This document shows positions 1-12,131 of a stretch of 64,000 nucleotides of DNA, in pieces. Each line of letters begins with the position of its first letter. Position 1 is the stretch's first letter. This DNA comes from Octopus sinensis (Eukaryota), in contig NC_043013.1 of NCBI RefSeq assembly GCF_006345805.1, positions 7,626,001 to 7,690,000 on the forward strand. The letters are read 5' to 3'. A model generated the notes under the pieces. It worked only from the letters and a program-made list of their open reading frames with translations, had not been told where the DNA came from and made no database searches. The translations under genes and the position numbers were made by a program.

Positions 1-80
1 TGAGCGTTATACTAACACATCTGTTTGTTTTGTACACCACCCATCTTCGTCTTTTGTTTTTTTTCCGTAAACTTTCCCTA
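1..80. mobile_element. Terminal fragment of a TA-flanked repeat (putatively Penelope-like), cut by the window edge
   Basis: tgagcgttatactaacacatctgtttgttttgtacaccacc...cttcgtcttttgttt aligns by eye with 35567-35645, and both are followed by (TA)n. Confidence 0.35.
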
Positions 81-424
81 TATATATATATATGTGTGTG
101 TGTGTGTAAGATATAATATATATATAAAATGTAATATATATATACATATATGTGTGTGTGTGTGTGAGAGAGAGAGAGAAAACCTGACAATAAAAGTGAG
201 ATTGCAGCCATAGCTGATGCCAGTGTTGCATGTCCAGACCATTTAAGAATGCCCTTGATGTGTCAGGTGATATGATATGCTTGAGAAGACCTGTTGAGTC
301 AAGTAAAACCAATACTATAGCTGTGGCCCCTGACTGGCTCCCATTCCAGTGGCACATAAAATGCATCATCTGAACATAGATTAAAAACACTTGCTCAGGT
401 TACTATAGTGATGACGATGAGCAA

Positions 425-720
425 TCCAGCTGATCAACAGAACAACCTGTTCGTGAAATTAACGTGCAAATGGCTGAGTGCTCCACAAACATGCGTACCT
501 TTAACGTAGTTCTCAGGAAGATTCAGTGTGACACAGAATGTGACAAAGCTGGCCCTTTGAAATACAGGTACGACTCATTTTTGCCAGCTCAGTGGACTGG
601 AGAAACAGGAAATGGAGTGTCTTGCTCAAGGATATAATGTGCTGCTGGTGGTGGTGGGGGGTACAAATCAAAGTCACAACCTTATGATCATAATCCGAAT
701 ACGCCTGACCACTAAGCCAT
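425..720 (-). mobile_element. tRNA-headed SINE, family D (decayed)
   Basis: Reverse complement of the element at 62690-63000 (cttgagcaagacact...ctccagtccactgagctggcaaaaatgagt...). Confidence 0.6.
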
Positions 721-1219
721 GTTCTTTGAACCCCCCAAACCACATATTGGGAAGTGAACATTTAGCCACCCAGCCATGCTAGCACCTATATATAACATAA
801 TGTATATCTCTTTACTCTTACTCTTTTACTTGTTTCAGTCATTTGACTGTAGCCATGCTGGAGCACCACCTTGAGTTGAACAAATCGACCCCAGGGCTTA
901 TTCTTTGTAAGCCTTGTACTTATTTTAATGCTCGCTTTTGCCAAACTGCTAAGTTACGGGGACGTAAACACACCAGCATCAGTTGTCAAGCGATGTTGGG
1001 GGGACAAACACAGACACACAAACATGTACACACGCATAGAGAACATTCTTTCTTTGTAGTTTGATCGTAGGTGATCTATTTCTAGCATATGGCTGTCCAC
1101 ATAGTGGTTTTTAGCCCTTAAAATATACACATGTATTAGAATTTTCTCTGATTTTTCAGATTTTTGTATGCTAGGCTACTATTAATTAAATTAATATTCA
1201 ATTTATCTCCCTCATTATT

Positions 1220-1268
<49 letters not shown>

Positions 1269-2020
1269 TATATATATATACGATGGGCTTCTTTCAGTTT
1301 CCGTTTACCAAATCCACTCACAAGACTTTGGTCGGCCCAAGGCTATAGTAGAAGACACTTGTCCAAAGTGCCAGACAGTGGGAGTGAACCTGGAAGTATG
1401 TGATTCATAAGCAAGCTACTTACCACACAGCCACTCCTACGCCTGTGTCAAAATATATGTCAAAACCTTTATTATACACAAGCACACACACACACACACA
1501 CACATGTATATTTAAGTCAGGAGGGGAAGCAGCTGTGTTCAAGATCTTCACAGGCCTTCACAGTTTGAAGAAACTGAGAGGGCTGATGTTGAAAGCACAC
1601 ATGTTTTAAGTCAATATCTACAGAACAAAAATGAGGGCAGGTAGGTAATTGCAGACGGTTGACAATCTAAAGAAGGGTGGATTTCCCTAAATAAATGGTT
1701 AGTGCAAGGCTAAAGGTAGGTACAAGTGGTAGCTGGGATGAAAAGAAGAAGGGGTGAAGGCCTGAATGGAAGTGGTATGCAATTAATTATTTATGTAATT
1801 AGGAAGAAATAGTAAATAGAACAAGTGGGTGGGTTAGATGAAGCGTTGGAATGTTGCACAAAATGCCTACCAGTCTTTAGTTATGACAGTTTACATTCTG
1901 AGTTCAAATCTGGCTGAGGACAATTTTGTCTTTTTTCCCTTCTGGGCTTTTTTTTTTTTTTTTTTTTTTTTTCTAGTTTCAACTCAGAGCTGCAACCATG
2001 CTGATGCACCGCCGTTTGTG

Positions 2021-2351
2021 TGGCGAAAGAGTACAGCAGGGATCGCCACCACCCCCTGCCGGAGCCTCGTGGAGCTTTAGGTGTTTTCGCTCAATAAACA
2101 CTCACAACGCCCGGTTTGGGAATCGAAACCGCGATCCTACAACCGTGAGTCCACTGCCCTAACCACTGGGCCATTGCACCTCTACTTTTTTTGGTGAAAG
2201 AGTACAGCAGGGATCACCACCCCCTGCCGGAGCCTCGTGGAGCTTTTTAGGTGTTTTTGCTCAATAAACACACACAACGCCCGGTCTGGGAAGCAAAACC
2301 ACAATCCTACGACCGCGAATCCACTGCCCTAACCACTGGGCCATTGCGCCT
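2021..2351 (-). mobile_element. Two tandem 5' halves of tRNA-headed SINE family C
   Basis: ~160-bp units at 2021-2183 and 2192-2351; the reverse complement begins ggcgcaatggcccagtggttagggcagtggactc (A-box) and contains ggtttcgattccc (B-box-like). Confidence 0.8.
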
Positions 2352-2970
2352 AAGTACTGTTGTCAATTTATATTTCTGTAATACATCCTAGTTGTGAATG
2401 AAATTGTAATAGAAAGAGAAGAGTAGAAGGAAGAGGAGGAGAAAGAAGACGAGAAACCAATGGGAGAACTTCTACATGATGTTCAGTCTGCTAGAAATAG
2501 CAGCCAAAGCTCTTTTGAATCATTGAATCACACTCTATTGCTTCTATAAAAAGGACCCCTATTAGATGCTATTCTTAAGGACAAACAAACACCCCCACCA
2601 CCACAACCGCCAGTAAAAGAGAGATGGGATAGTCATGATTTGGATACTTTTGATCATAGGTCTATTCAACCACGAGTTGACTCATGGCTAAACAACAAGA
2701 ACAACAACAATTGAGAGCAGATAAGACTTGGAAACAGGAAGTATCAAATAATACTGTAGATGTGAAATGCAGGGTTTGAATATATGTAACTCTCTTGTTG
2801 CATGGCTTTAATCAAAAAAGAATGTATGAAAGATATTAGGGGAAAAATAGTAGTGTGAAAAAAATGTATGTCTTTCTTTTATCTCTTGCTTGTTTTAGGT
2901 GGCCATGCTGGAGCACTGTCTTGAGGAATCAACCCCAGGACTTATTTTTTTTAAAAGTCTGATATTTATT

Positions 2971-3196
2971 CTTATTTCTTTATTGCCCACAAGGGGCTAA
3001 ACATAGAGGGGGACAAACAAGGACATTTAGTCGATTACATCGACCCCCCCAGTGCGTAACTGGTACTTATTTAATCGACCCCGAAAGGATGAAAGGCAAA
3101 GTCGACCTCGGCGGAATTTGAACTCAGAACGTAACGGCAGACGAAATACTGCTAAGCATCTCGCCCGGTGTGCTAACGTTTCTGCCAGCTCGCCGT
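2971..3196 (-). mobile_element. SINE family A (ggcgagctggcaga head)
   Basis: Near-identical to copies at 9342-9574, 18379-18610, 25744-25971, 39525-39753 and 60760-60962; gagttcaaattcc B-box-like motif. Confidence 0.85.
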
Positions 3197-5652
3197 CTTC
3201 AAGTCTGGTATTTATTCTATCGGTGTCTTTTGCCAAACCACTAAGTTATGGGGGACATAGAAACACCAACATTGAGTCAACTATGGTTGAACTGACCTTT
3301 GGTCAAAAGTATCCCAACCATAATAGTGTAAGTGGGGAACAAACACAGTAAGTCCAATCACATACATTCACATACTTCCCTTGTACATGCACACACATAC
3401 TCACGCAGAGTTGAAACGCTGTTTGATTTTTCTTTTCTGCATTGAATGTTCACCATCCCACTTCCATTGCACACACACACACACACACTGACATTCACAT
3501 ACCTCCCTTTTACATACACACACACACACGTACTCACACAGAACTGAAACGCTGTTTGATTTCTTTTTTCATCGTACAATTTCCAACATCCCACTACCAA
3601 GTTTGCCATCACCCCTCCCTTCCTTATTCATCTATCACCCCTTCCTTTCTCATTCATATGTTGTGACGGAGAAAGACACAAGTATATCATTATAGTCGAT
3701 GGATGGTAAATCAAATTAATACACTTGTCAATGTTATCTAATGGTTGTCTTTTATGATGTAACATTGATCATCGTTTGTTACTGAAAGAACACTGGTTCA
3801 CGCATACAAACATTCACATACTTCCCTTGTACATGCACACACATACACACATATACTCACACACAGTTGAAACACTCTTTTACTCTTTTACTCGTTTCAG
3901 TTATTTGACTGTGGCCATGCTGGAGCACCGCCTCTACTTGAGCAAATCGACCCTAAGACTTATTCTTTGTAAGCCTAGTATTTATTCTATCGGTCTTTTT
4001 CGCTGAACTGCCAAGTTACGGGGACGTAAACATACCAACATCGGTTGTCAAGCAATGTTGAGGGGATAAACACAGGGCATCCAGGAAGGGCATCCAGCTG
4101 TAGAGACATTGCCAAATTAGACTGGAGCCTGGTGCAGCCTTCTGGCTTCCCAGAACCCCGGTCGAACCGTCCAACCCATGCTAGCATGGAGAACGGACGT
4201 TAAACGACGATGATACATATATACGACGGGATTCTTTCAGTTTCCGTCTACCAAATCCACTCACAAGGCCTTGGTCAGCCCGAGGCTATAGTAGAAGACA
4301 CTTGCCCAAGGTGTCTCACAGTGGGACTGAACCCGGAACCATGTGGTTGATAAGCAAGCTACTTACCACACAGCCACTCCTACATCTGTGATTTTTGATT
4401 TTTTTTTTTTCACTCTTTCCTTCCTTCTTCATCTATCACCCCATTCCTTTCTCATTCATGTGTTGTGACAGAGAAAAACACAAGAGTATTATTATAGTAG
4501 ATGGTTTCAAATTTTGACAAAAGACCACCAATTTCAGGGAAGAGGAAAGTCAATTACATTGACCCCGGTAGTCCTCAACTGGTTTTTATTTTATTGATCC
4601 TGAAAGGGTGAAAGGACAAAACTAACCCCTGTGGAACTCGAACTCAGAACGTAACAACAGACAAAATATGACTAAATTCTTTGCCCAGTGTGCTAACAGC
4701 TCTGCTTGCTCACTGCCTTAACTTCATGTTATAATAATAAAATCAGTAAGTTCGATGATGATAACACTTGCATACTTTGATGGCTCCATAAATAGAGTGA
4801 TTGAGCATCAGATTTACATAGCATCATACTTTAATGCCTCAAGATACAAATAAGAGATAATAGCTTGGGGTATAAAAACTGCTGCTTTATTTGTTTATTA
4901 ACTGCCCCTAGATATTTCATAATTCCATATATAATGTTTATATCTCCATAAACAACGAACTGCTATCAAAGAGTATATATATATATGTTTTTTTTTTACT
5001 TCTTTTGTTCTTTAATCTATTGTGGTTATATTTCATAGATATCTTTTATTACATTATGTATATTCAATACATTGCTACTGGTTATCCTCCCTGTGAATTC
5101 AGGCTTTGTTACAACACTGGCCTTTCAAAAGAAGGCAAGTCCATGATAATGTTTTATGTACAGTGTTCTTCATGAAAACATATACGTTTGTGATATAATT
5201 TTGGTTCCTTATTAATTGGTATCCGTTTTCTTTTTTTTAATTCACTAGAGAGTTCACTGTTATCTTTTGCTATTTCCTAAAAATAACATATTTGTTGCTG
5301 TTTAACCCTGAGTAGACCTTCAATGAGCAGAGAAGAGCTTTGATCAAAGACATTCTAGTCATGACCATTGTCCTTTTTTTTTTTTGTTCACTAGTGCAGG
5401 CATGGTCATGAGGCTAAGAAGCTTGCTTTGCAACCACATGACTATGGGTTCTGTCCCACTGTGCAGCACCTTGAGCAAGTATTTTTTTTTATTATAACCC
5501 CAAATTGACCAGTGCTTTGTGAGTGAATTTATCAGATGAAAACTGTGTGGTAGCCTGTTGTATATATAGTTCAAATATATAGTTGTATATATAGTTCGAA
5601 GACAGGTGAGGGAACAAGAAATAGGTTTATTAGTTTGACACTTGGGGAAAAA

Positions 5653-6255
5653 TGGAATTTCCATCACCTGGAATTTCCATCACCGGTCTGGAACACCTAT
5701 CTTGCCCAGGATATTAATCGTCTGGAAACCGTTCGGCGATGTGCAACCAAGAGAATACCCTCCATCAGGTATTTGCCATATTCTGAAAGCCTTACATCCC
5801 TGGTCATGGATATATTGAAACTCCGACGTCTGGTAGCTGACTTGGCAGACACCCATAAAATTATTAACCATCTTACTAACAATAAATCTGAGCACCTTTT
5901 CAAACTCCACCTGTCTAACACCCGTGGACGTGTTTACAAAGTCAGAAAACAGCACAGCTCCCATTACTTTCAGAAACATTTTTTCACGCTAAGAGTTGCT
6001 GAAGTATGGAACAAATTGCTGGCATCAGTTGTTAGTTGTCGGAGCACTGCATCCTTCAAAACTTCCATGCTTCCTGAGATTCGCCAACACTACACCTGAT
6101 TTTCTCCCCTCCATACACATGCAAGCATGTATCTGACTCATATACTGTTCACTTTCCAGACATTTGTACATTACTGCATATGATTTATATGCACTTTTGA
6201 CAAGTTGTGGTGCACCTGAGCACTGTATACAATAATTTCATTATTATTTATTATT
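5653..6255 (+). mobile_element. 5'-truncated CR1/L2-type LINE (C-terminus of ORF2 plus 3'UTR with ATT tail)
   Basis: ORF 5635-6099 contains LEFPSPVWNTYL..DI..LE.VRR.ATK.I, RRL.ADL..THKII, TRG..YK and FFTLRVAEVWNKL..SVV....ASFK, the standard CR1/L2 RT C-terminal signature; ends in aataatttcattattatt. Confidence 0.85.
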
Positions 6256-6281
6256 TTTAAAAAATGGAGGGAACGAAAAAA

Positions 6282-6339
<58 letters not shown>

Positions 6340-6437
6340 AGTGCACGTGTGTGTATGTGTATAAAGATATTGGTTATATCTTTTATCATTTTACTTATTT
6401 CACTCACTTGCCTGTGGCCATGATGGAGCACCACCCT

Positions 6438-6720
6438 GAAGGTCTTAGTCAAACAAATGGACATAGGTACTTGGTTTTAAAGTTTAGTACTTATTCTATC
6501 AGCCTCCTTTGCTAAACTGCTGAATTAAGGGGGACATAAACAAACCAACATCAGTTTTTAAATGGTGGTGAGGGACAAACGCAAAGACACCACCACTTTA
6601 GAACTGGTGCTGGTTTGTTTGTGTTCCCCTTAATTCAGCAGTTTAGCAAAGTAGGCTGATAGAAGAAGTACTAAACTTTAAAACTAAGTACCTATGTCCA
6701 TTTGTTTGACTAAAACCTTC
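6438..6720. repeat. Inverted duplication of a diverged SINE-B tail (~133-bp arms, ~17-nt loop)
   Basis: 6438-6570 is the reverse complement of 6588-6720 with about 10 differences counted by eye. Confidence 0.9.
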
Positions 6721-6919
6721 ATCACTATAGTTGCAAGATTATAGCTGAGTTGGTAGTTATGGAGCCATTGCAAATTTCCGATGCAACGGATATATAATTC
6801 TTAAAGAGGACAACGGAAACAGATGTAAGACTTTGAATTGCTTCCAATAATAATAATAATAATAATGCATATGACTTGAGATGTTTGCCTTGCCTTAACG
6901 TTTGTTGCCCTCTTTAACA

Positions 6920-7175
6920 ATTGGCACCTGTGTCGGTGGCACATAAAAAACACCATCCGAGCGTGGCCGTTCGCCAGCCTCATCTGGCACCTGTGTCGGT
7001 GGCACATAAAAAGCACCCACTACACTAACGGAGTGGTTGGTGTTAGGAAGGGCATCCAGCTGTAGAAACACTGCCAGATCTAACTGGCCTGGTGCAGCCT
7101 TCTGGCTTCCCAGACCCCAGTTGAACCATCCAACCCATGCTAGCATGGAAAGCGGACGTTAAACGATGATGATGA

Positions 7176-7180
<5 letters not shown>
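6920..7180 (+). mobile_element. RTE-type LINE 3'UTR end with two hairpin units and (GAT)n tail
   Basis: tggcacctgtgtcggtggcacataaaa twice, then ...cccatgctagcatggaaagcggacgttaaacgatgatgatg, the tail shared with 36470-37115. Confidence 0.65.
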
Positions 7181-7206
<26 letters not shown>

Positions 7207-7211
<5 letters not shown>

Positions 7212-7620
7212 TTTTACTCTTTTACTTGTTTCAGTCATTTGACTGAGGCCATGCTGAAACACCGCCTTTAGTCGAGCAAATCGACCCCAGGACTTATTCT
7301 TTGTAAGCCTAGTACTTATTCTATCGGTCTCTTTTGCCAAACCGCTATGTTACGAGGACGTAAACACACCAGCATCGGTTGTCAAGCAATGCTAGGGGGA
7401 CAAACACAGACACACAAACATATATACACACACATACATGTATATATATACATATATACGATGGGCTTCTTTCAGTTTCCATCTACCAAATCCACTCACA
7501 AGGCTTTGGTTGGCCCGAGGCTATAGTAGAAGACACTTGCCCAAGGTGCCACGCAGTGGGACTGAGCCTGGAATCATGTGGTTGGCAAGCAAGCTACTTA
7601 CCACACAGCTACTCCTATGC
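7207..7620 (-). mobile_element. SINE family B (caggagtggctgtgtggtaag head, microsatellite linker, ~210-bp tail)
   Basis: Reverse complement of the copies at 14727-15115 and 30270-30642. Confidence 0.85.
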
Positions 7621-7627
7621 CTATATA

Positions 7628-7659
<32 letters not shown>

Positions 7660-7679
7660 GGTATAAATATATCATCATC

Positions 7680-8420
7680 ATCATCATCATCGTTTAACGT
7701 CTGTTCTCCATGCTAGCATGGGTTGGACGGTTTGACCGGGGATCTGGGAAGCCAGAAGGCTGCACCAGGCTCCAGTCTTATCTGGCAATGTTTCTACAGC
7801 TGGATGCCCTTCCTAACGCCAACCACTCCGTGAGTGTAGTGGGTGCTTTTTACGGCCACCTGCACAGGTGCCAGGTGAGGCTGGCAACAGCCATGGTCGG
7901 ATTGGTGTATTTTATGTGCCACCGGCACGGAAGCCAGTCGAGGCGGCGCTGGCATCGGCCACGAGTCGGATAGTGCTTTTTACGTACCACCAGACCAGGG
8001 ATCCTGACTGGTTCAATTCGATTTCGATTTCGCTTGCCCCAACATGTCTTCGCAAGCAAAGGGGGTTGGCATGGGTGCCTGTCGTACGGTCGGATTGGTG
8101 TATTTTACGTGCCACCGGCACGGAAGCCAGTGGAGTCGGCGCTGGCATTGGCAACGAGTCGGATAGTGCTTTTTACGTACCACCAGACCAGGGATCCTGG
8201 CTGGTTCAATTCGATTTCGATTTCACTTTCGCTTGTCCCAACAAGTCTTTGCAAGCAAAGGGGGTTGGCATGGGTGCCTGTCGTCGGATGAGGTTCTATA
8301 TCGACTTCGCTTGCCTCAACAGGTCTTTGTGTCCAAGGGAGGAAAGGCATTCATAAGTGGGCTGGGCTCACTTGTCCTGCCTGGTCTTCTCACGTACAGC
8401 ATATTTCCAAAGTTCTCGGT
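7680..8420 (-). mobile_element. RTE-clade LINE 3' fragment (ORF C-terminus plus 3'UTR with internal tandem duplication)
   Basis: Minus strand encodes [23 protein letters not shown], followed by a UTR with a ~190-bp duplicated block (about 7905-8085 and 8098-8283) and an (ATG)n tail. Confidence 0.8.
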
Positions 8421-8429
8421 TGCTGGTCA

Positions 8430-8440
8430 TTTCCTCAGTG

Positions 8441-8471
<31 letters not shown>

Positions 8472-8566
8472 GTGTATCTTCCCTTCTTTCCTGAGCGTCC
8501 AATAATACTTTATTTGTTCCACGTCCTCGCGTTGCTGTGTTTTTTTGTGTTTTCTTGTTTGGATTA

Positions 8567-8619
<53 letters not shown>

Positions 8620-8629
8620 GTATATATAA

Positions 8630-8670
<41 letters not shown>

Positions 8671-8810
8671 ATGTATATATATATATTTGTGTATATATGT
8701 ATGTATATATATATATGTATGTGTATTTATGTCTATGTATATGTGTATATATATATATGTGTGTGTGTGTTTGTATGAGTATATATATATATATATATAT
8801 ATATGCATAC
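8430..8810. repeat. Compound (TA)/(TG) microsatellite with an embedded ~90-bp fragment related to 1-80
   Basis: Directly visible; cctgagcgtccaataatactttatttg at ~8490. Confidence 0.85.
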
Positions 8811-9100
8811 ACACAGACATATCTATGTATTACATTTTGTTCAAAGCTGACTCTGCGTTTGTCACTTATCGGAGTTTCTTATTCCTGAGACCCAACTTTG
8901 AATAAACTGTTATTCCAGTCTACAGTATTGATTACCGTTTTTTCTGTTGCCTTGTAATTTACGCCAGTGTGAACCCATAATCACACACACATGCTATCAT
9001 TATTATTTGAGTTATTGGTGTCGATGTAATCAACAAACTTCCTTACCCTAAAATTAGTGACCTTGTACCAAAACCTGAAACCATTAAGATCATTATTAAT

Positions 9101-9574
9101 TTAAGGTGGCAAGCTGGCAGAATTGTTAGCACACTGGGTGAAATGCTTAGTGGTATTCCGTCCATCTTTACGTTCTGGGTTCAAATTCCGCTGAGGTTGA
9201 CTTTGTCTTTCATCCTTTCTGGGTTAATGAAATAAGTACCAGTTGAGTACTGAGGTTGATGTAATCAACTATGCCCCTCCCCCAAATTTCAGGCTTTGTA
9301 CTTCAGTAGAAAGGATTATTATTATAATTATTATTATTAGTAAGGTGGTAAGCTGGCAGAATCTTTAGCATGCCAGGCAAAATGCTTAGCGGTATTTCGT
9401 CTGCCGTTATGTTCTGAGTTCAAATTCCGCCGGGTCAACTTTACCTTTCATCCTTTCGGGGTCGATAAACTAAGTACCAGTTATGCACTGGGGTCAATGT
9501 AATCAACTTAATCCGTTTGTCTGTCCTTGTTTGTCCCCTCTGTGTTTAGCCCCTTGTGGGCAATAAAGAAATAG
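9101..9574 (+). mobile_element. Two adjacent SINE family A copies with different 3' tails
   Basis: 9101-9339 ends ccccaaatttcaggc...gtagaaaggattattatt; 9342-9574 ends ccccttgtgggcaataaagaaatag. Confidence 0.8.
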
Positions 9575-9902
9575 GTATTTTGTCCGTCCTTATGTTTTGA
9601 GTTCTAATTCCAACAAAGTTGATTTTGCCTTTCATCCTTTCAGGGTCAATGAAATGAATACGAGTTACACACTAGCCCTTTCTCCCCAAATCTCAGGTCT
9701 TGTGCCTATGGTAGAAAGGATTTTTATTATTATCATTTATCAGCTAAAAGTTACAGAATCCATCCAAGAACTGAGTTTTATTCATGGCACTTATCATGCC
9801 AAACATGAAACTCAGAGTCCCTTAATCACTTCTGTAATTTTCTGCCAATTTAGAATAATAAATGTCTTCATGTGTTGAGATCAATTCATCCTTATTGTTC
9901 TA

Positions 9903-9991
9903 CAGATAAGCAAACAGACAGACAGACAGATAGATAGAGAGAGAGAGAGCGAGAGAGAGAGAGAGGCAGATAGACAGAGAGCAGGATAAAC

Positions 9992-10063
<72 letters not shown>

Positions 10064-10101
10064 GGACAGATAGACAGAGAGAGAGAGGCAGACAGACAGA
10101 C

Positions 10102-10161
<60 letters not shown>

Positions 10162-10340
10162 AAATGGGAGAGGGCAGATAGATAGAGAGAGAGAGAGAAA
10201 GGGGGAGAGGGCAGATAGATAGAGAGAGAGAGAAAGGGGGAGAGGACAGATAGATAGATAGAAAGAGAGAGAGAGAGAAAGGGGGAGAGGGCCGATAGAT
10301 AGATAGATAGATAGAGAGAGAGGAGAGAGAAAGAGAGACG
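9903..10340. repeat. (GATA)n/(GA)n/(GACA)n compound microsatellite
   Basis: Directly visible. Confidence 0.95.
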
Positions 10341-11090
10341 CGTTTCCCTATGTATGAGTTTACAACCGAATGTGTGCACTCGTGCTGAGGGGCGGTGACT
10401 TGAGAATTTTCAGTGCCAAGTTCGAAGTATATGAAAAAATAAATAAACGGTAGAATGCCAGGGGTTAGATGCTTCTACAAACTAGACTCGGTTTGAATTC
10501 TTATCCCATTAACGTACCCGGATATATATATTTATATACGATAAAAGATTGGGTGCAGTTACCATCCCATTGCTTGTTTTAAGGTCCAACGAGAGGAAGA
10601 TAAGTTTCACCAGCAAGTTCTAAGGTTTTTAGATAAAATCAGTCAAACATCCGTGTAACACACACACTCATGTACACATTATTCGTATGTAGGTCGGAGG
10701 AAGTCGAAAAAGTTTGTTTTGGTTTTCGTGTGTGAGTGTGTAAAAAGTTGGGGGAAGAGGTACTCCCGTCTCCTTATTTAATAGATGTTATTTTGACTGG
10801 AGAACATATATATCTAGGTAAACTAGATCAGTACCATGTGTTAACTTCGCAGCTGAGACACTGAAGTCAACAACAACAAACTCTGAGAAAAAAAAATAGT
10901 AATACTAATAAAACCAAAAAAGTTTTTGACCGAATTTTAAGTCCGACATTTGAAATTCTGTCTCAGAACGAAACGACTGTGAAGTGGTGACTATCGACAG
11001 TCGCTTCTTTAACATTCCTTCATCCTATTCATATCGATTTACGATATATATTCTATATATTTTGGAAAACTAAAATAATTATCGTAAGTT
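10340..11090 (+). promoter_or_regulatory. Candidate promoter / non-coding first exon
   Basis: Unique sequence visibly richer in CpG than other unique DNA in the window; GC box ggggcgg at ~10389; strong donor ATC|gtaagt at 11083/11084. Confidence 0.3.
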
Positions 11091-12095
11091 TTTTTTATTT
11101 ATTTATCTTTCTATCTACACTTAATCTTTCTTGTTCTTTCTTTGATACAAAATTAACTTTGTTTATATTTGTGGAAAACGTGCTATCTTTGCTGTTTTCT
11201 TTTTTAAAAAATGTCTTTGAGGATGAAAGGAAAAAGAAATAATTATAAAATCCGACTAGACAGACTCCCAGACAACTTCTGCTAGAAGTCCTGGCAAAGG
11301 CCTGTGGCACCAATTCTTTGTCAATTGGTCTTAGCCTCGGCTCATAAGTATTTTTGGCGGTCTTTCAATTGATTTCGCTTTGTTGTCCAGATTTAATATG
11401 GACAATAATTAAAAGATCGCCGTATTTTTGCATCATTTGCAATCCTTGCTCTTTTGTTCTTCCAAACATGGTCCAAATATTCCCAATATTCTTTCAAACT
11501 ACATCATTATTTTTGAATTACCTTCACTTTCCCTGTAGTCTATTCCACATATTTATCATTCTTTCTTAAAATTAATGTTTTCCTTACGTTTAAGTTTCAT
11601 TTGTTGCTTGTTAAATGTTCATATCACAGCCCTTTTTGTTATTATTTTCCTCTACTATTCCACAAACATATTCTTCATAAATTTCCTTTGTGTATATTCC
11701 ATTAATGATTTTATGGAAGAAATCTGAAACATATTCTTCACAAACTTCTTTGGTGTGTTTATACCCCATTCTTGAACTTAAAGGCAAAAACCAACAACGA
11801 AAAAGAACTCCTTATATTAAGATAGTTTACTTTGGAGTCTATTTACATATTTAGTTATAATTAATACCACCCTACTCTCGGAAAAAAAAAATCCTTACAT
11901 ATTCCGATATAATCAGAATCTACATCATCTGATAGAACTTTTCATTAAAAATTACCAATTTTCTGGAAGTTATGAGGCAGCAAAGTCGGGGGTGGAGACA
12001 CACGTGTAGGAATATCATTATTACTTGTTTGTTTATCTGGTTTCTTTTTTGTTTTGACAATTTTATTGCATGTATTACACGTATGTATATGATAT

Positions 12096-12131
<36 letters not shown>

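Noticed and set aside
11380-11490. Merlin/IS1595-type transposase call
   Set aside because: The resemblance is limited to a short stretch in one frame with no conserved Cys or DDE motifs; kept only as an unassigned island
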